64,000 bases of DNA, taken from NCBI GenBank assembly GCA_011109175.1, contig RDEW01000061.1, forward strand, positions 186,001 to 250,000. The letters are read 5' to 3'. The position numbers and the translations under genes were made by a program. The notes under the pieces are model-generated. The model made no database searches. It was given only the letters and a program-made list of their open reading frames with translations, and had not been told where the DNA came from. This DNA is from Dicyema japonicum (Eukaryota > Animalia > Dicyemida). The number at the start of each line of letters is the position of its first letter. The stretch's first letter is position 1. Shown one piece after another: positions 25,345 through 38,074 of this stretch.

Positions 25345-26390
25345 TAAGCTCTAACAACTTTATTAGCAAGGAAAATTAAAGAGGAAGTTATTTGGCCTCA
25401 TGCCGCTTGTCCTGCTAAACGTTTGGACTCTTCTCTGTGCTCTCAGACCCTTATCATTTATTCTGTGCTGCTACATACGAGTCAATGATGGCATCTCTTT
25501 TCAGGTAGTTCTCCATCCTTTTTTCTGCTGCATTTCTTATCGACATTACTAGCAAATTTTCATCTTCATCTAGCTTCTCGTCGAGTCTTTGTGTAGGGAA
25601 ATCTTGATCTCTGCTCTCCTCGATTTTTCAAGAAGCAAGATAAAACGCTCTCTGTATGCAGTGTAATACCATCCTTCCAGTCCATAAAGAGTGATGGAAT
25701 GATCGTACGTGAAAAAAATAAATAAAAACATATCCGTTTCGAGTCTCAATTTCTTCATACACAATAACGCATGGTGGGGTTTCTTCTTTTGATTTTAAAA
25801 TCGCACAATGTGCTCCCAGATTTCTCAAAAGCTGTTCCGAGATACTTCAGGGAGCTCAATGTTGATTCCGCATATGGAGTCTTTCTGATTTCCTTTACCA
25901 TTCCTGACCGAGGAACATCATTTTTCTTCTGACAGTTTTAACCCATAAAGACCGCACCAGTCTTTTATCTCTCCATGTACACATTGAATCTCCTCTCTGA
26001 GATCATGCTCGATCTCGACACATCAGACAGTAGCACGTCGTCTGCGTATATCAGAGATTTCGTACTCGGTGTAGACGGAGATAGGAAACCGGCCATTAGA
26101 ACATTGAACAATAGAGGGCTCAAAATCGATCCTTGTGGGACTCCTCTCTTAAACAATATCATATTTGAAAAATAGCGTCTGCATCTAACATAGGATTTTC
26201 TTTTTTTTAAGTATACTTTCACCCAATTCACTAGTTCCTTTGGGCTCCCCGTCCGTGATAACTGATCGATTATGGATCTGTGGTTAACACTGTCAAATTC
26301 TTTTGACATGAGACATATGACAAGGATAGGGGGATTTAATCCAATTCTTCCGTTTTTACAGAAAGTTTGCACGTCCATCACAGTTGATAG
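25345..26390 (-). mobile_element. 5'-truncated second copy of the 12830-16425 LINE
   Basis: Long near-identity to 12830-13780; RGVPQGSILSP, IYADDV. Confidence 0.9.
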
Positions 26391-26689
26391 AAATTGACCT
26401 TAGTATTTACTCCATTAACTATCTCAGGGTATTATCAGCTGATAGTAGTGCGCTCCGATATTCAAAGCAAGGTGATTTTTCAAGAAGTACACCACATTCG
26501 GCATTGCAATGCATTTCTTAGGAAAGTCAATCCAAAGAGAATATTTTCTCCATAAAAGCTTTTACTTTTTTTTTTATGAAACGAAGATTAGTTTTTAATG
26601 ACATTTTATCAGAGGTAACTGTTTGAGTTGGGAGATTTCTTTCAAAACAAGTTAATAAATTCTTCTATGATTCTGACAAGAAAGATTAT

Positions 26690-27100
26690 TATCAAAAACT
26701 GATCTTCTCTTGGCTTATGAAAACGACATATTTTTAGCATCATAGGATCAAGATGTCTAAACAGCCACGGAGAGAATACAACATCTCCTGAACCGTTTAT
26801 TTTTTTGCCTGAACGAAAACCGACTGAAAATTAGTCCTGAGAAATCCGTTGCATCCCTATTCTTCTCAGAGATAAATTGAAATTGAGGTGAATACGTAAA
26901 CATCGGAATGATGTTCGCTACACATATGTGTTTCTCGCAAAATATGCTAAACAAATGTGAGAAAAAATAAACCTGCTGAGAAGCCTAGCAAGGATAGGAA
27001 AATCTAGAACCATCCCGTTCTAAAAACGCTTCTTCGCAATATATTGAGCCTTGCATTTCTTATGCATGCGCCTCATCTCTTGACTAATGCTCAGAAAATT
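26690..27100 (+). mobile_element. LINE RT 3' remnant
   Basis: AYENDIFL (degenerate YADD), RLKISPEKS. Confidence 0.65.
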
Positions 27101-27222
27101 GGAGTGCACAAAGAGCTCCCTTTCTCAAAAGAGAGGGAGTTCTTAAGGAGAGTATCCGAAGAAATTTAACTCTTGGGGTCCACAGAAATGTGACCCAGTC
27201 TCAACGAAGTACTCCTCCTTCG

Positions 27223-27430
27223 TTATATTAGCTGGTGTATCCATTCCAATCTCAATATATGTCCGAAGAGCCTCCATCTCATATCAGTGATCTCGAGACT
27301 CAAAGGACCAGTGGAGCAAACATTATATAAAGCAATCTTGTTTATTTTCTTTAAACAATTCAATCCGAACAATATCCTGAGCTTCCTTCCATTAAACAAA
27401 TCTATCGCAGGTTTTTTAGTCATGGACATC
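27223..27430 (-). mobile_element. RTE 3' remnant
   Basis: LYNVCSTGPLSLEITDMRWRLFGHILR matches the RTE C-terminus. Confidence 0.8.
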
Positions 27431-28072
27431 GCTTAGGAAAACCTTCAGAATATCATGGTAGCTATATAGCATTTATTATTAAATCAACATACATAAAACC
27501 ATAATAGCTATATTTTTACCCTACGGAATTAGAAACTATCAAACTAATTAAGCGATTCACCATCCGTGGTAATGCCCAGCCTCTTTCAAGTCGTCCAAAT
27601 TAAATTAAGTTTTAAATTTATTGAACCAGAATAACAACTCATTAAGGTGATCCCGACTTCCTTAGCAGTCTTTGCATTACAGGACTTGAAGGAAATACCG
27701 TCCAAGGGAAACTCCTCTGGATGGTTGTTGACTAATGGTCCTGTTTGGATTTATTTAAATTATATCTGACGCTACCATAGATGGTGAACGTGATAACGGA
27801 AGCTAACAATTCAAGCTCCCTGCATCCAAAAAGGAAGAGGAGGAACAAAGAAACAAACAAAAAATCTTCAATTTAAGTAGCCACATAGCACTACACTAAC
27901 TTCGGAGCAACATGGCAAGTCGTCCAAATGTTCTCAAATTTAATTTTTAGCTATATAGCATTTAATTTCCCTAATTATAAGTTTTTTTTTAATTTGAGAT
28001 TATTTTTAAATTTAAACTTAATTAGATTTGAAATTTTTTATTGTATAATTTGTTCTAGTTGGTTTCCCCATA

Positions 28073-28686
28073 ATGAGTAAAAAGTGCTCGGTTGCCCATT
28101 GGGATGAAGAACTATGCAAGGGAATTCTAACAAAAATTAAAGTATGACAAAATTCATCAAAACTAGGGGAATTTTTTAAAGTCAATGGGATATTCAAAAA
28201 ATGGCGAAAATTATTTATTTCCGGAAGAAATGTTATTTTTAGTAAACAAAGTATCATTAAAATAATTTTTAAAGAATTGTTTAATTTGTACCTATAAGGA
28301 GGTCGCATTAAATCGTGAAAATACATTTAGTCTTATTTTACCATCAATTGGATGTAATATATTCAAAGCTTACTCCGATTTGACCAAATTCGGTTATATT
28401 GTACGTCGACATATATTCTCGGGTTTATTGTTTGTTTTTGATGTTTACTCACCAATTTTAATGTCTAGGTTTAAAAAATCTGTTTATTACCCGCCAAAAT
28501 ATAAACTTGTGGTCGCATCGTATTTCTCATTTTAACCGTTTTAGACCCAATGATGATATGGTGAAGTTGACTAAATCTTTCTTTAAGGACTTTCCCAATT
28601 CAAATCTTTTAATTTCTGTTGTTAATGAAGATACGACCGTTTATATAAAAACTGAGCAATTTCAATTTAAAACACTCAATTTGTAA
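28073..28686 (+). CDS. TSEN54: tRNA-splicing endonuclease subunit SEN54, ~179 aa, introns of 25, 24 and 25 nt
   Basis: AHWDEE...GNFLKSMG...YLFPEEMLFL, FKAYSDLTKFGYIVRRH, FDVY, FKKS, LLISVVN match the N- and C-terminal SEN54 blocks. Confidence 0.85.
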
Positions 28687-29707
28687 GATTTGATTTGTAA
28701 TTTTTCTCATTTAAAATGTCGATTTTTTACTTCAGTCTGTGAGCCTTAATTGTAGGTTTTATTTTTATTATAAAACTAGTCATATTAGCTCTCATCCTAT
28801 TCATGCAGCTTGGGCAGATCATCTTCGAGTTTTTTCAATATTTATTAAATGTTGTTACTAAAAAGGGAAAATATCAAGAGTTTTTATTAAATGAATTCTA
28901 TGGACTTAGTGGAATATGACAAAAACTGAAAAGAAAACAGTTAAGGTACAAAAATTCGAAACTGATTATTATTATTAATCCCAGACTTACAATCTTTGGT
29001 AAGCCCATAAAAACAGTCCCTGACCAAATCCTCTAAAGAAGTTACATTATGAAAACTATTCCGCCTAAGAATGAAGTGATGTCCGCGACGGTAGGACATG
29101 TGATGAAAATCCGAGCGGAAGGCTGTAATGTACTGTTGGAAGATGAATTTGGTCGGCTGATTTTATTACAAATAATTCGAGTTTGACATGTTAAAGCTTT
29201 TAATCAATTGGAGATAGGAATTAAAGATTCGGTCAAGACGAATAACTTAGGGTCATCAGCGAAAAAAAGACATACAGCGTCTCATATTAAATGACCATGT
29301 CACCATCCTTCACCACAGAATAAACCAAAAGAGGGGTCTGAGGGCGCATAGGAGAGTCAAAGCTATGTCACTTGTGGTAAGAAACCGCAAATTAATACCC
29401 TCTACTTTCCTTTGTTAATAAAGTTTGCTTAAGTTAAACTTCAAAATCTTAATTAGTGTCATGTCCTTTTTGATTTTTTGTAACTTTAATTAGTGATTTG
29501 GGGTCCGTCTGTCTGTTTCAATCTTATGATGGGCGAGATATAATTCTACATGCATCGGTTACTTTCTTTGTTTAGAACTTCTTGTTTCTGATGCCTCTTA
29601 ACAACTTTCATTAAGAATAAATGGCAATAATAAATTAATCTTAAATACTCAAAAATAACGAATTTAGCAAATAAACCATTAATGTCTTCAAATTAAAAAT
29701 TAGTAAA

Positions 29708-30900
29708 TTAAAATTCCAATTTAATGAAATAAACAACATTTCCACTACAAAAAGCTACCAATTTTTTATGTGAATTTAATTCAGCATCAGAACAATTGAC
29801 GGAATTTGGGAGATCAATCACCGTTGCAATTTCCTACAAACAGATTAAACAAAATTAATACGATTTGCCTGTCATATGAATATAGAAGAAAATTATTTTT
29901 ATGAGTTCCATTGCATATTATGTAATCATTTGATATCCACTTTCCACCATAAAGCTTAGTTATGTAAAATTTTACAAAAGACTTGTACGATGAATTTTGG
30001 GGAATATTCCTTACTAGTCGTCCACTGTCATAATCCCAAATCTGTAAAATCATTAAAATATTCTTGTAACCTGAATTGGATTGTTATATTGCCAAGAAGC
30101 TGTTAGGATTAACTTTTTATTCGGATGAATGTCGATTCCTTCTCCGCAGATATGTGGGCCGTAAATATGTCTAAAATAAGATATAATAAACCACCTTTTT
30201 GATTCTTTAAATCTGTTGTCCCAAAACTAAAAGTTTTTCAAAAATTGTAACTTACCTGAATTGTGTTATCCCACCCACCAGTTAAAAACTCATTATCTGA
30301 ATGGTAGACTGCAGCGAATACCGCCATATTATGCCCTGTGACGATATTTTTGCTATATCTAAAGATTAAAACCAATAAACCCTTTCGAAAAATGAAATAT
30401 ATTATCTCCAGATTTCACGTCGTAAAGATAAATATCAGAAGTGTTCCCAACAGACACAAATTTGTCGAAACTTGGATTGACTGCCAGCGAGAATATTTGT
30501 CGACTTTCACAAATTGTTTTTATGCAGACCCTATCTTCATAATTCCAAAATTTAATAATTCCAGTGGCATCTAGATTAATGTAAGCAATACAAGAAGCAA
30601 TTAAAATATCGTCATTGTCAATATATCTTATACACGTGCATGGTGTTTTTGCTTGCATAATTTCTTCATCAATAAGTTTTGAGAGTTCATAGTTTAAATT
30701 TACATTAATGATCTTAATTGATAGAATGTTATATACCTGTATTTTGCCACATGAGAGACCAATCGACAAAATGCTACTTTTCTTTGTAAATTTACAGCAC
30801 ATAATCGGTGATTCTAAGACTCTTATTATAACGAATATAAATACAATTTTTTGATAAATTGAATTGGTCCATGAATATTTGACAGACCATGTAGGTGCAT
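29708..30900 (-). CDS. WD40-repeat protein (GPHICG-type), micro-introns
   Basis: GHNMAVFAAVY...FLTGGWDNTIQFWD, IYGPHICGEGIDI, ILTASW, IQIWDYDSG; consistent GT-AG introns of 21-29 nt. Confidence 0.88.
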
Positions 30901-31079
30901 CTACTCAAAAACATTAATTTCCGGTTTTGGTTCTTTTATAATTATTAAATCAATTGTTATAATTACGCCTATTCTATTTTTTGATTATTCCTACTTTCAA
31001 ATTAATTTGCGGTTAAATAAAATTAATAAAAAAATTTATAAACGAAAAGTTAGCAGTCATGACAATATCTCCATTATGA

Positions 31080-31560
31080 CTTGCAGGCATTGAACGCGGA
31101 ATGGGAGTTATCTCTCATAATCGTAAGAAAAATGATATGGAAAAGTTATCGCGTCATTCTAGAGTCACCATTACTGCAGTTCTGCAAGCCGCCGATTAAC
31201 AAAATTAATTCAGACGTACTCGGACCAAAACGGCAGACGTCTAAACGGAAATCGACTGGAAAGTAAACGTTCCCTAAGGCCGCAAAATTTCGAAAAATCA
31301 AATCTTAACGAGTACTCAATGTGGTTCCAGCGAGAAGAAGAAATTAATTGAATTCAGATAAAGGTTATTTACTTTAAATTTATTGAATAAAAAAAACCAC
31401 CGCAAAACCAAAACGAGAAATTTAGGTAAAAAAATTAATAACAATAATCATCACAAGTAGATTTTAAGAAAAAAGCATGGAATATCACATTCAACAACTG
31501 TGAAATAGCAAAAAGACTCGTCGCTTCAAAAGTTGGATCTTATTGACGAGAGACAGTCAA
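31080..31560 (+). mobile_element. Possible degenerate Tc1/IS630-like transposase remnant
   Basis: Only weak HTH-like fragments (RKSTGK, GISHSTTV). Confidence 0.2.
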
Positions 31561-32100
31561 AATTTTAAATGATTAGATTAACATAGTCGTTGAGACGAGT
31601 TAAAAGAAACTAAATGATTTTGAAGGTTAGTTGTATCTCCCACAAAACTTAACGGATCAAGATAATTTTTTAGCTGGTAAAATTTACATAACAATGAGTA
31701 GTGTGAATATATTATTGAAGAGATTGGACATGGCTATCGGGTGTTACAAGAACTTGTTGATGTGTTAAAATTTCACCTATGTACTAAAAATAATCTTTAA
31801 TAAGTTTAATATGCGGAATTAATTCACTATATGAATGTAAAACATATATATTATTGTGGGATGAGTACTTCAATAGAGAGATCAAAGTGTAAGGGAGGAA
31901 TTCGAACACATTATAACTAACAAATAATGAAACATATTGAAGGAAAAAGGGCGGGGTATTATTCACGTCGATGAGGAAAAGAAAATGAGTTAAAAATATA
32001 TCAGCATTTATTGGTAAAAACTGTTTAAAATGCAAAACTCGGTGAGACTATCTCTATTAAAAGATGTGAATAATATTTAGGCATTTTTACAAGGAATAAA

Positions 32101-32192
32101 GTGTACGATCATACTTGGCCGTAAGCACCCGTTCTCAGCCGACCACGGAAGTTAAGCGGTTATAGGCTGTGTTAGTACTTGGCTGGGTGACC
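32101..32192 (+). rRNA. 5S rRNA, truncated by an assembly gap
   Basis: Identical to the first 92 nt of the next copy. Confidence 0.85.
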
Positions 32193-32242
32193 NNNNNNNN
32201 NNNNNNNNNNNNNNNNNNNNNNNNNNNNNNNNNNNNNNNNNN
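32193..32242. other. Assembly gap (50 N)
   Basis: Run of N. Confidence 1.
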
Positions 32243-32244
32243 AA

Positions 32245-32362
32245 GTGTACGATCATACTTGGCCGTAAGCACCCGTTCTCAGCCGACCACGGAAGTTAAG
32301 CGGTTATAGGCTGTGTTAGTACTTGGCTGGGTGACCGCCTGGGAACTCACAGTGTCGTACTT
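32245..32362 (+). rRNA. 5S rRNA
   Basis: Helix I GTACGA/TCGTAC, CATAC, GAAGTTAAGC, AGTACTTGG...GACCGCCTGGGAA, then a T-run terminator. Confidence 0.97.
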
Positions 32363-34158
32363 TTTTATTTTTATTAATAATAATTTATTATTAGACCATG
32401 CGAAGATTTTTCGGAATTTTATTATTCAAGTCCCGGATATGCAAGTATGGTAGCATTGTTATTAGTTAGACATGAAAGCAGACTCGGAAATTCTCCAAAA
32501 ACTCAATTTAAAAGCCAAAAGGTGGTTGATAGAGAAACAGGGAAAATAAATTGGATTAGTTTCTAGATTATTACGCCAAGCTATATTTTTTAACTTAATA
32601 TAAATGATTTCAATGCGTCTAAGACAAGTTGGACTAAAAGCTAAATGAATACCTTTTAAATTTTTTATTTAATTACTACATTTGACACAGCTGTCAAGGC
32701 TAATATATTATAAATTTCAACATCAAGAAAATGATCCACGTGGTCTTGATGACATGGTCAAGTCTCATATGTGGACTCAAAATAAATCGGACTTCATTTC
32801 CAATTATAAATATTCAAATCAGTAAAAAAATACGCTTATTAAATTAATAGAAAAAGTAGCTTTTATTATCTACATAAAATTAATATAATCGCGTTTTTAG
32901 GCCTAAAACAAGCACTTTTATGGAGTGCTGTAATGGAATCAATTCTTTTTGATTTAACCACTTTTTCCCAACTTTTTTTGGATACACACTTGCACATATG
33001 TTGGCCTTTTATGACTCACATACCTGACCGGTCCTTAGGTCTCCCAGAGACAAGATAATAAGATTTTTCGTTGTGGAAATTCTTTGATGAGTTTAACGAA
33101 TTTAAACCTTTTGATGTGGAGTGGCTTTCAATTCTAAATTCAAAAAATTCCAACTTTAATCTTATCTAACATTTTATTAAAGATATCAGATATGGGCACA
33201 ATGGGGGACAGCCCACGTGTCTAAAAATATGAACTTTATTTTTTAATCTGACAAAATAGTCATTCTTCTTAAATAAACAATGCAAAATTATTAATTTAAA
33301 TATTCTTAAGACACTTAATTCAAAGCAAAAATGTACAGAATCTAAAATCCACGTGGTAAAAGTTTTTCGAAAGTGGAAGATAATATAACTGAAATTCTTT
33401 ATAATTCTAAATAATGATGATGGTAAAGTATCGTTACAATCGCTTATTTTTCGAGGTAAATTAGGCAAACGAATTTGTCTGGACCTCTAGTAGACAATAA
33501 ATTTCAAATATGTGTACTCTGAGTTGTTAAATAAACTAATTGGTGTTTTAGATAATGTTAATTAATGTAATTAATTAAACAAAGCTTTTAAGTAATCTCT
33601 AGTCAGTTCCATGACCCTCAAAATGTAGATTAATTAGATTAACATAGTCGTTGAGACGAGTTAAAAGAAACTAAATGATTTTGAAGGTTAGTTGTATCTC
33701 CCACAAAACTTAAGGATCAAGATAATTTTTTAGCTGGTAAAATTTACATAACAATGAGTAGTGTGAATATATTATTGAAGAGATTGGACATGGCTATCGG
33801 GTGTTACAAGAACTTGTTGATGTGTTAAAATTTCACCTATGTACTAAAAATAATCTTTAATAAGTTTAATATGCGGAATTAATTCACTGTATGAATGTAA
33901 AACATATATATTATTGTGGGATGAGTACTTCAATAGAGAGATCAAAGTGTAAGGGAGGAATTCGAACACATTATAACTAACAAATAATGAAACATATTGA
34001 AGGAAAAAGGGCGGGGTATTATTCACGTCGATGAGGAAAAGAAAATGAGTTAAAAATATATCAGCATTTATTGGTAAAAACTGTTTAAAATGCAAAACTC
34101 GCTGAGACTATCTCTATTAAAAGATGTGAATAATATTTAGGCATTTTTACAAAAATAA

Positions 34159-34276
34159 ATGTACGATCATACTTGGCCGTAAGCACCCGTTCTCAGCCGA
34201 CCACGGAAGTTAAGCGGTTATAGGCTGTGTTAGTACTTGGCTGGGTGACCGCCTGGGAACTCACAGTGTCGTACTT
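34159..34276 (+). rRNA. 5S rRNA
   Basis: Same 5S motifs and terminator as 32245-32362. Confidence 0.97.
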
Positions 34277-36057
34277 TTTTATTTTTATTAATAATAATTT
34301 ATTATTAGACCATGCGAAGATTTTTCGGAATTTTATTATGCAAGTATGGTAGCATTGTTATTAGTTAGACATGAAGGCAGGCTCGGAAATTCTCCAAAGG
34401 CTTAATTTGAATGGCAGGAAAGGGTTGATAGAGAAACAGGGAAAATAAATTGGATTAGTTTCTAGATTATTAAGCCAATATTATTTTTTTAACTTAATAT
34501 AAATGATTTCAATGCGTCTAAGACAAGTTGGACTAAAGGCTAAATGAATACCTTTTAATTTTTTTATTTAATTACTACATTTGACACAGCTGTCAAGGCT
34601 AATATATTATAAATTTCAACATCAAGAAAATTATCCACGTGGTCTTGATGACATGGTCAAGTCTCATATGTGGACTCAAAATAAATCGGGCTTCATTTCC
34701 AATTAGAAATATTCAAATCAGTAAAAAAATACGCTTATTAAATTAATAGAAAAAGTAGCTTTTATTATCTAAATAAAATTAATATAATCGCGTTTTTAGG
34801 CCTAAAACAAGCACTTTTATGGAGTGCTGTAATGGAATCAATTCTTTTTGATTTAACCACTTTTTCCCAACTTTTTTTGGATACACACTTGCACATATGT
34901 TGGCCTTTTATGACTCACATACCTGACCGGTCCTTAGGTCTCCCAGAGACAAGATAATAAGATTTTTCGTTGTGGAAATTCTTTGATGAGTTTAACGAAT
35001 TTAAACCTTTTGATGTGGAGTGGCTTTCAATTCTAAATTCAAAAAATTCCAACTTTAATCTTATCTAACATTTTATTAAAGATATCAGATATGGGCACAA
35101 TGGGGGACAGCCCACGTGTCTAAAAATATGAACTTTATTTTTTAATCTGACAAAATAGTCATTCTTCTTAAATAAACAATGCAAAATTATTAATTTAAAT
35201 ATTCTTAAGACACTTAATTCAAAGCAAAAATGTACAGAATCTAAAATCCACGTGGTAAAAGTTTTTCGAAAGTGGAAGATAATATAACTGAAATTCTTTA
35301 TAATTCTAAATAATGATGATGGTAAAGTATCGTTACAATCGCTTATTTTTCGAGGTAAATTAGGCAAACGAATTTGTCTGGACCTCTAGTAGACAATAAA
35401 TTTCAAATATGTGTACTCTGAGTTGTTAAATAAACTAATTGGTGTTTTAGATAATGTTAATTAATGTAATTAATTAAACAAAGCTTTTAAGTAATCTCTA
35501 GTCAGTTCCATGACCCTCAAAATGTAGATTAATTAGATTAACATAGTCGTTGAGACGAGTTAAAAGAAACTAAATGATTTTGAAGGTTAGTTGTATCTCC
35601 CACAAAACTTAAGGATCAAGATAATTTTTTAGCTGGTAAAATTTACATAACAATGAGTAGTGTGAATATATTATTGAAGAGATTGGACATGGCTATCGGG
35701 TGTTACAAGAACTTGTTGATGTGTTAAAATTTCACCTATGTACTAAAAATAATCTTTAATAAGTTTAATATGCGGAATTAATTCACTGTATGAATGTAAA
35801 ACATATATATTATTGTGGGATGAGTACTTCAATAGAGAGATCAAAGTGTAAGGGAGGAATTCGAACACATTATAACTAACAAATAATGAAACATATTGAA
35901 GGAAAAAGGGCGGGGTATTATTCACGTCGATGAGGAAAAGAAAATGAGTTAAAAATATATCAGCATTTATTGGTAAAAACTGTTTAAAATGCAAAACTCG
36001 CTGAGACTATCTCTATTAAAAGATGTGAATAATATTTAGGCATTTTTACAAAAATAA

Positions 36058-36175
36058 ATGTACGATCATACTTGGCCGTAAGCACCCGTTCTCAGCCGAC
36101 CACGGAAGTTAAGCGGTTATAGGCTGTGTTAGTACTTGGCTGGGTGACCGCCTGGGAACTCACAGTGTCGTACTT
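36058..36175 (+). rRNA. 5S rRNA
   Basis: Same 5S motifs and terminator as 32245-32362. Confidence 0.97.
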
Positions 36176-37956
36176 TTTTATTTTTATTAATAATAATTTA
36201 TTATTAGACCATGCGAAGATTTTTCGGAATTTTATTATGCAAGTATGGTAGCATTGTTATTAGTTAGACATGAAGGCAGGCTCGGAAATTCTCCAAAGGC
36301 TCAATTTGAAAGCCAGGAAGGGTTGACAGAGAAACAGGGAAAATAAATTGGATTAGTTTCTAGATTATTACGCCAAGCTATATTTTTTAACTTAATATAA
36401 ATGATTTCAATGCGTCTAAGACAAGTTGGACTAAAGGCTAAATGAATACCTTTTAAATTTTTTATTTAATTACTACATTTGACACAGCTGTCAAGGCTAA
36501 TATATTATAAATTTCAACATCAAGAAAATGATCCACGTGGTCTTGATGACATGGTCAAGTCTCATATGTGGACTCAAAATAAATCGGGCTTCATTTCCAA
36601 TTATAAATATTCAAATCAGTAAAAAAATACGCTTATTAAATTAATAGAAAAAGTAGCTTTTATTATCTACATAAAATTAATATAATCGCGTTTTTAGGCC
36701 TAAAACAAGCACTTTTATGGAGTGCTGTAATGGAATCAATTCTTTTTGATTTAACCACTTTTTCCCAACTTTTTTTGGATACACACTTGCACATATGTTG
36801 GCCTTTTATGACTCACATACCTGACCGGTCCTTAGGTCTCCCAGAGACAAGATAATAAGATTTTTCGTTGTGGAAATTCTTTGATGAGTTTAACGAATTT
36901 AAACCTTTTGATGTGGAGTGGCTTTCAATTCTAAATTCAAAAAATTCCAACTTTAATCTTATCTAACATTTTATTAAAGATATCAGATATGGGCACAATG
37001 GGGGACAGCCCACGTGTCTAAAAATATGAACTTTATTTTTTAATCTGACAAAATAGTCATTCTTCTTAAATAAACAATGCAAAATTATTAATTTAAATAT
37101 TCTTAAGACACTTAATTCAAAGCAAAAATGTACAGAATCTAAAATCCACGTGGTAAAAGTTTTTCGAAAGTGGAAGATAATATAACTGAAATTCTTTATA
37201 ATTCTAAATAATGATGATGGTAAAGTATCGTTACAATCGCTTATTTTTCGAGGTAAATTAGGCAAACGAATTTGTCTGGACCTCTAGTAGACAATAAATT
37301 TCAAATATGTGTACTCTGAGTTGTTAAATAAACTAATTGGTGTTTTAGATAATGTTAATTAATGTAATTAATTAAACAAAGCTTTTAAGTAATCTCTAGT
37401 CAGTTCCATGACCCTCAAAATGTAGATTAATTAGATTAACATAGTCGTTGAGACGAGTTAAAAGAAACTAAATGATTTTGAAGGTTAGTTGTATCTCCCA
37501 CAAAACTTAAGGATCAAGATAATTTTTTAGCTGGTAAAATTTACATAACAATGAGTAGTGTGAATATATTATTGAAGAGATTGGACATGGCTATCGGGTG
37601 TTACAAGAACTTGTTGATGTGTTAAAATTTCACCTATGTACTAAAAATAATCTTTAATAAGTTTAATATGCGGAATTAATTCACTGTATGAATGTAAAAC
37701 ATATATATTATTGTGGGATGAGTACTTCAATAGAGAGATCAAAGTGTAAGGGAGGAATTCGAACACATTATAACTAACAAATAATGAAACATATTGAAGG
37801 AAAAAGGGCGGGGTATTATTCACGTCGATGAGGAAAAGAAAATGAGTTAAAAATATATCAGCATTTATTGGTAAAAACTGTTTAAAATGCAAAACTCGCT
37901 GAGACTATCTCTATTAAAAGATGTGAATAATATTTAGGCATTTTTACAAAAATAAA

Positions 37957-38074
37957 ATGTACGATCATACTTGGCCGTAAGCACCCGTTCTCAGCCGACC
38001 ACGGAAGTTAAGCGGTTATAGGCTGTGTTAGTACTTGGCTGGGTGACCGCCTGGGAACTCACAGTGTCGTACTT
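37957..38074 (+). rRNA. 5S rRNA
   Basis: Same 5S motifs and terminator as 32245-32362. Confidence 0.97.

Noticed and set aside
29050-29180. RPB7/CSL4-type S1 domain gene
   Set aside because: The resemblance is limited to a few residues, the sequence is a dispersed repeat, and the rest of the fold is absent.
32860-33010. U1, U2 or U6 snRNA in the 5S spacer
   Set aside because: Only 5-8 nt chance similarities (ACATACCTG, CAGAGA, GGCCTTTT); the invariant snRNA cores are missing.
31784-37892. Repeated 83-aa and 100-aa ORFs in the array
   Set aside because: They recur only because the spacer repeats, are rich in F/I/L/K as expected from AT-rich DNA, and have no motifs.
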